Assembly (NCBI GenBank): GCA_016930185.1
Contig: JAFGHK010000033.1
Location: 4,034 to 68,033, forward strand
From: Dehalococcoidales bacterium
Lineage (GTDB): Bacteria; Chloroflexota; Dehalococcoidia; Dehalococcoidales; RBG-16-60-22
DNA: 64,000 nucleotides
Direction of reading: 5' to 3'
In this document: positions 47,362-56,193 of the stretch, piece by piece
Layout: each line of letters starts with the position of its first letter
Position numbering within the stretch: position 1 is the first letter of the stretch
Made by a program: the position numbers and the translations under genes
The notes under the pieces: model-generated
Seen by the model: the letters and a program-made list of their open reading frames with translations, nothing else
What the model was told of the DNA's origin: nothing
Database searches by the model: none

Positions 47362-50300
47362 ATGAACGGTCGTATCAAGTTTTCACAAGGTTTAGGAATT
47401 TGTCTCTTTAATGTGGCACTAGCAATCATTTTAACATGTCTTCTCTTGCCTTATGGAGCTCCGAGTGTATTAGGGGCGCAAGACGAAAGAATCCCAAAGA
47501 AACCAACAATAATTGAAACACAAAATGCAATAGTTACTCCTGAAAACGAAACAGAACTCTCAACATCTGATAAAAAAATAAAGATAAAAATACCAAAGGG
47601 TACGGTAGATGAAACCGTAGACTTTCAACTCAACAAGAACTTAACGCCAGGCTCAACCGGTATGAAAATGGTCAACTTCTTCGAGCTTAACGTAAAAGAG
47701 CATAATAGCGAAAATAAAGTCCACCAATTTAAAAAAAATATAGAAATAACTATCCAGCACACACAGGAAGAACTAGCCGGATTGGATATTGATTCATTAT
47801 ATCTTTATTATTTGGATGAAGATAAAGGTGAGTGGATACCCATACCTTGTGAGTTTGACCGGAAGACACTAACCCTTACCGCAAAATTTAAACATTTCAG
47901 TTACTTCGGAGAGCAGGCTAATCCCTTACAAAGCGGGCCAGGCAAAGTAACGACCGCGCAGGTAGGGCTTCATTCCGGCACGGCAACCTATAGCTATCCA
48001 CTTGAGCTTCCTCCTGGTCCTGGTGGCTTCACACCATCTGTATCGTTGAATTATAACAGCGGCTCTGTCGATGGGATGAAGAACAAGCGGGACGTGGGCT
48101 CCTGGGTGGGGATCGGGTGGAGCTTGAATCTCGGTAGAATCAGCTACAACGCTGCCAGTGGCAATTATAACATTGACTTAAACGGTGTGTCCCACAAAAT
48201 CGTCCCGAATAGCGATAGTATTTTTTACACTCAACCGGAAGAATATCTTAAGATTACCAAAGATGGTAACACGTGGAGCGTATATGATAAGAGCGGTAAT
48301 TACTACCGTTTTGGTGGGACAACCGATTCGGAACAATATACGGATACTTCTGATTACTACCGCTGGGACTTAAGCTACTGGAAGGATACTAACGGTAACG
48401 AGGCTACGGTAACATACGTTCAAGATATCTGGAACAACTCGGTCCGCTCCGCGTATCCAGAGTATCTGCGTTATAACAATAACCTCGTCGAAGTACATTT
48501 CCTGTCCAGCTACTACGAAAACGGAGACTATGGTCCAGTAAGAAAAGACAACCCTATATCTTACGGTACTAACCCTGTACCTAAAAACATGGAGAACCGC
48601 CAGCTAGACTCTATTGAGATAAAGGTCAGCGGTAATCTTATCAGGAAATATAATTTTTCGTATATCACGACAGACCGTGTTTATTCTTCCGACTACGACG
48701 GTATTTACTATTCAGGAAAACACATGCTAATGTCAATAACCCAAATTGGGACGGACGGCGAGTCAAGTCTGTCGCCAACGAGTTTCGTCTACCAGTATCG
48801 GGAGGTTTTTCGATATGCAAATGAGACAGAGTACACAGGTAATCCCGGCAACCCGGCTTCAATCACCTGGCCATTCTTATCGGCTATCGACAGCGGTTAT
48901 GGAGGTAGTATCAGCTTTACCTATACCCAGATTCCGGATACCTCTGTCTTAAATACCTGGACACGTCAGGCTGTTACCCAAAAGATAATCAACGGTGGAA
49001 TGGGGACCACAGAAATATATAGTTACGCCTATACCCACAATCCACAATATAAAGGAGTAGACTGGGACCAGGAGTTCCGCGGCTGGAATGAGGTAATAGA
49101 GACCGATGCTGATGGTAACTACTTAAAACATTATTTTTATACCACTGGCACCATAAGCGGCAAGGATGCCGAGAAACTGACCGGAAAGGAATATCAAACA
49201 ATATGGTACGATAGCGCCAACACATTATTGAAAACTAAAAATTATGACTGGAACCGGATAGATACAAGCCAGAATTTTACAGGTTCAATGACATTCTATC
49301 CCGATGCCAGCCCGGAATCGTCTAGCGTGGATGGTATAGTAGGAGAGACTACAAAACAGTCGTTCGCTTCATTAGTTGCCGATGTTGGGGATGGTAGTAA
49401 TGACAGTATTGAAAGTTACTACATTTGCTCGCTCGCAGCTGATACTGTCAGCAACATCTGGTACAATATATTTCGGGGTATTTTTCTCTTTGATACATCT
49501 GGTTTGCCTGATAATGCTTCCATTACAGGTGCAACTCTTTCTATATATGGGTATTCTAAATTTGATACAGTAGGCTGGCTGCCAGATATTAACATCTATT
49601 CTTCAAATCCTGCGAGTAACACAACACTAGTAAACGGCGATTACGATTCTCTTGGCACGGTAGCCTTTGCTACAGCAATTGGATATAATGACTGGAATAC
49701 GTCTGGTTATAATGATTTTGCTTTCAATTCTGATGGACTAAATGCAATCAGTAAAACAGGTATATCAAAGTTCGGAACTCGCAATGCTAATTACGAGGTT
49801 GCAGGGTCTCCTCCAACTTGGGCTAGTGGTCAATATTACGCAATGATGGGGCGCTTCGCAGAGTCAGGTGAAGGCTACAAGCCCAAACTAGTTGTTACAT
49901 ATAATATGTCTTCTCTCTATAAAGTCTATCTATCTAATATAGAAGAAACTATCGGCACCAAGACCACCCGTACCGAATACGTTTATGATGACTACGGTAA
50001 TGTCATTACGGAAAAACGCCATGGAGATATCTCCACAACAGATGATGATTCAACTATACACCGAGTTTATTACGCCAATAACTCTACTGCTTATATAGTA
50101 AATAAACCCGCCAGAGAGCGAGTCTATGCTACCATCACCGAAGACGTCGGCGGAGCTAACCTTAAGAAAGAAACTTTCTATTACTACGATGGGAATAATG
50201 CCTTATTTACTACGCCTCCCACCAAAGGCAATCTTACCCGCCTGGAACAGAAGAAAGACGCCTCCAATTCGATAAGCAGCTACAGTACCTATGATACCTA

Positions 50301-53300
50301 CGGCAACCTACTCACCAGTCAGGATCCCAACGGCAATACAACCACCTGGGCATTCGATACCACCTATCATGTTTATCCACTCACTAAGACTATGCCTTTA
50401 ATCGGCTCTGAAAGTTACACTTACGCCCCAGGCACTACCAACCTGCTATCAATGACAGATGTTAATGGGCAGACGACCACCTATGAATATGATACATTCC
50501 AGCGCCTGACTAAAGTCATTAAACCAGGAGATTCTTCCGCCAGTCCGTCGGTGGAATACCAGTACAACAACTGGGGCACCATCAACTACCAGAACATTAA
50601 AACGATAACCAAGGTAGATGCTACCACCTTCCTCTGGCAGACCCAGTACTTTGACGGGCTGGGGCGGGTAGTTCAAGTACATACCAACGGCGAGAGCGGC
50701 AATACCATTATTGCCAGTACCACAACCTTTAACAACCGGGGCATGGTGGACAGGCAATATGTGAGTCAAGATATCGCATCTATTCTTACCAGTTATCAAT
50801 CACCTGACGCCAGTTGGAAATATTCCACCTCAACATATGATGCTCTGGGGAGAGTAGTAACGCAGACCGGTGCCGACGGTACATCAATCAGCCATGATCA
50901 CAGCGTTGCCTGGCAGGATACGGTGACCAACCAGCGCGGCTTCAAGACGAGGTTCCTCTACGATGCTTTCCAACGTCTCGTTAAGGTAGAGGAGCTAAAC
51001 GCCAGCCACCAACTGTACGCCACTACGACCTATTACTACGACATTCTCGGCAATCTCATAGAGGTTTACGATAACAACAATAACACTACAGTCATGTTGT
51101 ACGACTGGCTTTCCCGCAAGACCGCTATGTCCGACCCCGATATGGGCGTCTGGTCTTACGGGTACGATAACAATGGCAACCTCGTTACCCAGACTGATGC
51201 TAAGAGCCAGACAATCACTATGACTTACGACGCCCTGAACCGGCTCGTGAGTAAAGTCTATCCTGTCGGTTCTAATATGACTAACGTTTACTACGTCTAC
51301 GATAGCACCGCAGGCGGTAACTACGGCAAAGGCCTACGTACCTCCATGACCGACGCTTCTGGAAATACGACCTATGTGTACGATAATCGCGGGCGACTGG
51401 TACAGGAAACCCGCGTTATAGATTCGATTGCTTATATCACTTCATTCACTTATGACGGCGCCAACCGGCCCGTCACCATCACCTACCCCACCGGTGAAGT
51501 AGTCACACAGACATATAACGGGCAAGGCCTCCCCTATTCCCTCTCCGGTAGCGCGGCAGGGAATCTCGTTACCGGCACATATTACAATAATCTGGGGTCT
51601 TTAACAGAAATCGACTTCGGCAACGGACTCAAGACAACTTACGGATATTATGATATGAACGGTATCAACGATACTACCGGCGGCTATTACGGCAAGCTCT
51701 GGGAAATCAAGACCCTGCCGCAGGTCGGCGGGGATGCCTTACAGGACGTCCAGCATACATGGGATGCTGCCGGCAATCTGGTAACGAGAGAGGATAAGTT
51801 AAATTCCATTACCGAAAATTTTGAATATGATTTCCTTGATAGATTAGTCAGCGGCTACACAGGGGAAAAGGATAACTGGCTTACCGGCTGGGCAAACAGG
51901 GTAAAGATTACCATCGCCTCTTCACAATTAGAAGGAGACCCAATAAACATCCCGGTCCTTATCCACATTAGCGCTAGCTGTGGCCAGGGTGGCCAAGACC
52001 TTACCGCTATCTTCGATGAATTAGGTGCTAACTATAAAAAATTGGCTGTCACCACCGATGATGGGCAAACCCAGCTCTACGTGGTAGTGGAAAAATGGGA
52101 TGCCGTTAACGAAGATGCCTTGCTGCGAGTCAGTAAAGAGGGCTGGCAAATCTCCAGTTCCGAGGATACAATCATCTATCTCTACTTCGATAACACCCAT
52201 GAAGATAACTCGAGTTATGTAATAGGCGAGTACTTCATTAACTTTTCAGTAATTGAATCACGGTTAAGAGAAGATATCACGATATTCAGCTTTTCGGAAA
52301 TAGAATCGCGTCCAAAAGCAAATGTGCGTGCTATCCTGGATAAAAAAATCACGGGTCCCACTCTCATAACCGGTGTTATGATAGGTCTTGTTTTTGGTAT
52401 TACACGTGACGGAGGCTCGGCTTCCGGCAACTATACGGAGTCCTATACCTATAACGAAATCGGCAATATAATGTCAAGGAACGGCGTCACTTACACCTAC
52501 GGGACTAAGCCCCATGCCGTCACATCCGTCGGCTCGATGACTTACAGCTACGACGCTAACGGCAACATGATTACCCGCGGCGAACAGACCTTAACCTGGG
52601 ATGCGGAAAACCGCCTCATAGCCGTCTCTGGTAACGGCACTACAGCCTTCTTTATTTGCGACAGCGACGGCAACCGCGTGAAGAAGCTAGAAAACGGTGA
52701 GACCACCATCTACGTTAACAAATACTATGAGAAGAACCTCACCACCGGCAATGTCACAACCAGCTACTATCTAGGGGGCAGGCTGGTGGCAACTAAAGAA
52801 AACGAGGTCTTAAGGTATGTCCACCAGGACCACCTGACCGGCACCTCTTTAATGACAGATAACACCGGCGCGCAAATAGGCGAGACGATGAAATACCTGC
52901 CCTTTGGAGAAACCCTCTCCGGCGCCTTGCCCACCGATAAAAAGTTTACCGGCCAGAGGCTTGACGCTACCGGGCTTTACTGTTACGGCGCAAGATACTA
53001 TGACGCCACCATAGGGAGGTTTACAAGCGCAGATACAGTAGTACAGAGCTATATCAATCCGCAAAGTCTTAATAGGTATTCATATACTTTCAATAATCCT
53101 CTTAGGTATATAGACCCTAGTGGAAATATAGTTGAAATTGGGGGGGTAGATGTCAGGGTTACTGAAACTGTAATGTCAGAAGGGGCTGCCGGTTGTTTTA
53201 TACCACCAGATCTAGCGAGTTCAATAGTCGACGCAGCCGAATCACCACTTTATCAGGCGTATGAGACTCTTTCCGCAGTAGAACCGCAATTAACAGATTA

Positions 53301-53841
53301 TCTTGAAACGTCTGATCTGATAACTTCGATAGGCATTGACACTGATACGCGGTTTAATGGTGTTTGTAAGCAACCCGAAGCAGGGGCATCTGGTGATATA
53401 GCTGTTGGTATAAGACCCGAAATGCTTGGAGATAGCGATTTCTTGGTCACTTTGTTAGGTCATGAGTTATTTCACGCTGCTATCGCTGATGATATGATCC
53501 ATATGGGATTTACTGATGACTGGTGGCTAAGAACTCCTTCAATAGCAAATGAACTGCTTGCGTATTCGTTTCAAAATAGAATTGGTAACGAAATTGGATA
53601 TGTGTGGGATGAGAATAATCCATTACACAAAGCGGTAATTGCTTTCGGTGGTGTTACACCTGTTAATATTTATAGTAGATTTGAAAGCCTTACCCAATCT
53701 TATATGGATATGTTTGGGACATCCAATCTTTGGCCTAATTACGGACACTATATAGGAGGCGGTATGAGTTGTAACGGTCCAAAACCCGATAATAATATGA
53801 ACAGCGTATTTTTTACACTGGCTGCCTGTAAAGTATGGTAA
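47362..53841 (+). CDS. secreted SpvB-N / YD-repeat / Rhs-core polymorphic toxin with a C-terminal HExxH domain
   Basis: 2159 aa. GGGGGAG lies upstream and a signal peptide is present (..LLPYGAPSVLGAQD). The SpvB-like motif is GLHSGTATYSYPLELPPGPGGFTPSVSLNYNSGSVDG..GIGWSL. There are dozens of YD repeats (YxYDxxGNL). The Rhs core reads YVHQDHLTGTS..KYLPFGE..FTGQRLDATGLYCYGARYYDATIGRFTSAD..NRYSYTFNNPLRYIDPSG, followed by a ~237-aa unrelated tail. Confidence 0.9.
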   Translation: MNGRIKFSQGLGICLFNVALAIILTCLLLPYGAPSVLGAQDERIPKKPTIIETQNAIVTPENETELSTSDKKIKIKIPKGTVDETVDFQLNKNLTPGSTGMKMVNFFELNVKEHNSENKVHQFKKNIEITIQHTQEELAGLDIDSLYLYYLDEDKGEWIPIPCEFDRKTLTLTAKFKHFSYFGEQANPLQSGPGKVTTAQVGLHSGTATYSYPLELPPGPGGFTPSVSLNYNSGSVDGMKNKRDVGSWVGIGWSLNLGRISYNAASGNYNIDLNGVSHKIVPNSDSIFYTQPEEYLKITKDGNTWSVYDKSGNYYRFGGTTDSEQYTDTSDYYRWDLSYWKDTNGNEATVTYVQDIWNNSVRSAYPEYLRYNNNLVEVHFLSSYYENGDYGPVRKDNPISYGTNPVPKNMENRQLDSIEIKVSGNLIRKYNFSYITTDRVYSSDYDGIYYSGKHMLMSITQIGTDGESSLSPTSFVYQYREVFRYANETEYTGNPGNPASITWPFLSAIDSGYGGSISFTYTQIPDTSVLNTWTRQAVTQKIINGGMGTTEIYSYAYTHNPQYKGVDWDQEFRGWNEVIETDADGNYLKHYFYTTGTISGKDAEKLTGKEYQTIWYDSANTLLKTKNYDWNRIDTSQNFTGSMTFYPDASPESSSVDGIVGETTKQSFASLVADVGDGSNDSIESYYICSLAADTVSNIWYNIFRGIFLFDTSGLPDNASITGATLSIYGYSKFDTVGWLPDINIYSSNPASNTTLVNGDYDSLGTVAFATAIGYNDWNTSGYNDFAFNSDGLNAISKTGISKFGTRNANYEVAGSPPTWASGQYYAMMGRFAESGEGYKPKLVVTYNMSSLYKVYLSNIEETIGTKTTRTEYVYDDYGNVITEKRHGDISTTDDDSTIHRVYYANNSTAYIVNKPARERVYATITEDVGGANLKKETFYYYDGNNALFTTPPTKGNLTRLEQKKDASNSISSYSTYDTYGNLLTSQDPNGNTTTWAFDTTYHVYPLTKTMPLIGSESYTYAPGTTNLLSMTDVNGQTTTYEYDTFQRLTKVIKPGDSSASPSVEYQYNNWGTINYQNIKTITKVDATTFLWQTQYFDGLGRVVQVHTNGESGNTIIASTTTFNNRGMVDRQYVSQDIASILTSYQSPDASWKYSTSTYDALGRVVTQTGADGTSISHDHSVAWQDTVTNQRGFKTRFLYDAFQRLVKVEELNASHQLYATTTYYYDILGNLIEVYDNNNNTTVMLYDWLSRKTAMSDPDMGVWSYGYDNNGNLVTQTDAKSQTITMTYDALNRLVSKVYPVGSNMTNVYYVYDSTAGGNYGKGLRTSMTDASGNTTYVYDNRGRLVQETRVIDSIAYITSFTYDGANRPVTITYPTGEVVTQTYNGQGLPYSLSGSAAGNLVTGTYYNNLGSLTEIDFGNGLKTTYGYYDMNGINDTTGGYYGKLWEIKTLPQVGGDALQDVQHTWDAAGNLVTREDKLNSITENFEYDFLDRLVSGYTGEKDNWLTGWANRVKITIASSQLEGDPINIPVLIHISASCGQGGQDLTAIFDELGANYKKLAVTTDDGQTQLYVVVEKWDAVNEDALLRVSKEGWQISSSEDTIIYLYFDNTHEDNSSYVIGEYFINFSVIESRLREDITIFSFSEIESRPKANVRAILDKKITGPTLITGVMIGLVFGITRDGGSASGNYTESYTYNEIGNIMSRNGVTYTYGTKPHAVTSVGSMTYSYDANGNMITRGEQTLTWDAENRLIAVSGNGTTAFFICDSDGNRVKKLENGETTIYVNKYYEKNLTTGNVTTSYYLGGRLVATKENEVLRYVHQDHLTGTSLMTDNTGAQIGETMKYLPFGETLSGALPTDKKFTGQRLDATGLYCYGARYYDATIGRFTSADTVVQSYINPQSLNRYSYTFNNPLRYIDPSGNIVEIGGVDVRVTETVMSEGAAGCFIPPDLASSIVDAAESPLYQAYETLSAVEPQLTDYLETSDLITSIGIDTDTRFNGVCKQPEAGASGDIAVGIRPEMLGDSDFLVTLLGHELFHAAIADDMIHMGFTDDWWLRTPSIANELLAYSFQNRIGNEIGYVWDENNPLHKAVIAFGGVTPVNIYSRFESLTQSYMDMFGTSNLWPNYGHYIGGGMSCNGPKPDNNMNSVFFTLAACKVW
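53125..53838 (+). other. variable C-terminal toxin domain of the Rhs protein (putative zinc metallopeptidase)
   Basis: It begins right after the DPSG core boundary (GAC CCT AGT GGA at 53113-53124). It contains LLGHELFHAA (HExxH) with a downstream ANELLAY that could supply a third ligand. Confidence 0.55.
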
Positions 53842-53880
53842 TATATAAAATAATGTTCCGGGGGTTGAGGGCTATAAAAG

Positions 53881-54465
53881 ATGACAAGTATCAAAAGAGC
53901 CTCGTTTTTACACTCAATTTCAATATTTCTTATTATGGCTTTCTTCCTCGGTATTATCATGACCGGGTGCAGTGGATATAAAGAAGTCACCTTAACCAGA
54001 AAAGGAATTCAGTTTTCTTTCGAATACCCTTCATCATACGAAGAGTTCTGTTATAGCTTCCAAAGTGAAGATTTTTACGTAGGACTCGTGCGGTATTCAG
54101 TTGATAGCCAGGAAAGGTTAGTAGATAGAAAAATTGATATATATATTTTTAAGACAGATATAGGGCGCCCTGATGCGACCTCATCCTTAAATTCATTTCT
54201 TGAAAACAGAGTCTTCGACTATGAAGAATTCCAGCTGCTTGAAAGGTCTTCAGTGAAAGTCTCCGGTATTGATGGGGAATTGATAATTTATTCTGGATAT
54301 TACGATATTGGATATTTTATTTCAGAGCATTTAAAGGTTTGGGCAGTATACCTTGATTATAAAGACATTATATGGATTTTAATTATTTCCTCCGCCATCG
54401 ATACTTCAGATGGAGCTGAAGCTGAATTTCAGCACTTTATTGATACTTTTAGATTTCTAAATTAA
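53881..54465 (+). CDS. hypothetical lipoprotein; positional candidate for the Rhs immunity protein
   Basis: 194 aa, starting 40 nt after the toxin stop on the same strand. The lipobox is GIIMTGCSG. It is AT-rich with no recognisable domain. Confidence 0.45.
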   Translation: MTSIKRASFLHSISIFLIMAFFLGIIMTGCSGYKEVTLTRKGIQFSFEYPSSYEEFCYSFQSEDFYVGLVRYSVDSQERLVDRKIDIYIFKTDIGRPDATSSLNSFLENRVFDYEEFQLLERSSVKVSGIDGELIIYSGYYDIGYFISEHLKVWAVYLDYKDIIWILIISSAIDTSDGAEAEFQHFIDTFRFLN

Positions 54466-54625
54466 CTTATTTCAGCACTTATTAACCAAAAGTCCCCCTC
54501 TCTTCCCTCAGGGCCTTTCTTTGTTTCTGATGGATACGTGGGAGAGTAGAATTCCCCGTCCAGAAAAAGCTGTCTTGGACATCCTACAAGCTTAGTCAGC
54601 TTTCTAAAAAGGCGATTATCGGTCG

Positions 54626-55333
54626 CTAATTTTCTGATTTACCTGAACTATCTTCAAACCTATACTCTGGTGCCATTCCCATTTTCGCTTGAGCTATAGC
54701 ACTCTGGCTAAACTTTTTCAGTAACTTTAAATTTTCCTTGTTGGTTTCCGCCCTTTTAGCTATCCATTGAATTATCCGTTCCTCTGGGATACCGATTTCC
54801 TGGGCAACTTCAATGGTCCGTGATGTTACTATAGTCGAGCGTTTGTCAGTCAAGTCAAGCTTAACCTCTATACCGCTGGCGATAGCATCCAACTCATTTA
54901 GTTCCTTTTCTTTATAGCTAATACCAGTTCGTTTATTGATATTGGTCTTTGGGAATGGTTCTTTTTTCTTCTCTAACGCTGCGCTTATTCTTGAATTAAG
55001 CATATCAAGACTGAAAGGTTTGACTATATAATCCAAAGCCCCTAGCTTCATAGATTCAACAGCAGTATTGACATCATCAATAGCGGTTATCATTATTATA
55101 ATTATAGACGAATCATATTTAGACTTTATCTCTTTTAGGACATCAATTCCCGATATCTCCGGCAATCTTATATCCAACAATGCAATATCAAATATGTCCT
55201 TTTCCATCTTGCGCAAGGCACTGTTCCCGTCAGAAGCGACTTCACAAAAGTACCCCAGATCATTCAAGTCCTCGGAGATAAGATCACATATAACTGGTTC
55301 ATCATCAACGATAAGAACACGGGGTTTATTCAT
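54626..55333 (-). CDS. response regulator (receiver domain) with an uncharacterised C-terminal domain
   Basis: 235 aa. The receiver reads RVLIVDDEPVICDLI..DIALLDIRLPEISG..DYIVKP. The C-terminal ~100 aa have no LuxR, OmpR or other HTH that I can recognise. Confidence 0.8.
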   Translation of the reverse strand: MNKPRVLIVDDEPVICDLISEDLNDLGYFCEVASDGNSALRKMEKDIFDIALLDIRLPEISGIDVLKEIKSKYDSSIIIIMITAIDDVNTAVESMKLGALDYIVKPFSLDMLNSRISAALEKKKEPFPKTNINKRTGISYKEKELNELDAIASGIEVKLDLTDKRSTIVTSRTIEVAQEIGIPEERIIQWIAKRAETNKENLKLLKKFSQSAIAQAKMGMAPEYRFEDSSGKSEN

Positions 55334-55500
55334 AATTTATCACTCTTTATTTCGTATTATTCCAGAGTCTATCAGAGTACTTCTCCTATGTCAATAACTA
55401 AATAATGAGTCAATTTGAGTGACAAGTAGTGTCATCAAATGCATGGTAGTCCTCTAATAGATTACGCCTTTTTACATTATATATACTTGACTTTTGCCAT

Positions 55501-55929
55501 TTGTCTATGTATATTGTTTCCATAATGATACGCACCGGCAATAATTTAGGTAAACTAATCAAACAAAAGAGGGTTTCAGTTCCATTAACTTTATGTGAGT
55601 TGGGTAGCAGTTCGGGCGTTTCTCCATCCCATCTCGGTAGAATTGAGCGGGGTGAGCGTCTCCCTTCAGCACGAGTCCTGCGAAAGATTGCTAAGCCTTT
55701 GGGTTTTAAAGAAGAAGAATTATTTATGATAGCCGGATTTTTATCTAGTCCATCCAGCGATCAGAAAAATCCTTCTGGTAGCTATCATTATTCTTCTAAA
55801 CTTGACCCATTTGTTGCCAATGTATTATCTCAAGAACCTGCAGAAGTTCAACGTGCAGTAATAGGTATTCTCAGTATGCTTAAAGTCATTTCGAAAACCA
55901 ATAAAAATAAAGCCAAGCCAAATAATTGA
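55501..55929 (+). CDS. XRE-family helix-turn-helix transcriptional regulator
   Basis: The HTH reads LGKLIKQKRVSVPLTLCELGSSSGVSPSHLGRIERGERLPSARVLRKIAKPLG. The start codon is uncertain (TTG at 55501 or an internal ATG). Confidence 0.75.
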   Translation: MSMYIVSIMIRTGNNLGKLIKQKRVSVPLTLCELGSSSGVSPSHLGRIERGERLPSARVLRKIAKPLGFKEEELFMIAGFLSSPSSDQKNPSGSYHYSSKLDPFVANVLSQEPAEVQRAVIGILSMLKVISKTNKNKAKPNN

Positions 55930-55952
55930 ATTTATTAGGAGGTAGGCTACAC

Positions 55953-56171
55953 ATGAAATCCAAAGCACTAAAGCAGTTGGTCAGGGAAATCTTCAGTGAT
56001 GAAAAAACCAAACAGCAATTCTTATCAAATCCAGATAGTGTTATCTCGCAATACCCTTTAACTAAACAGGAGAAACAAGCAATATTAAATACACACGCTA
56101 AACTCGGATTAGCAACCTCCAATTCAGGGCAACTGGAAGCAGTCATTGGCCCTATGGGTACTTGGTCATAA
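55953..56171 (+). CDS. small ComX-like pheromone/RiPP precursor candidate (72 aa, single Trp at position -2)
   Basis: AGGAGG lies 8-10 nt upstream of the ATG at 55953. The product is MKSKALKQLVREIFSDEKTKQQFLSNPDSVISQYPLTKQEKQAILNTHAKLGLATSNSGQLEAVIGPMGTWS. It has a helical, charged leader-like N-terminus and a Gly/Ser/Thr-rich C-terminus ending in the only Trp. It lies 22 nt upstream of the ComQ-like gene. Confidence 0.55.
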   Translation: MKSKALKQLVREIFSDEKTKQQFLSNPDSVISQYPLTKQEKQAILNTHAKLGLATSNSGQLEAVIGPMGTWS

Positions 56172-56193
56172 TGTCGCGCCATCATCTTACTAA

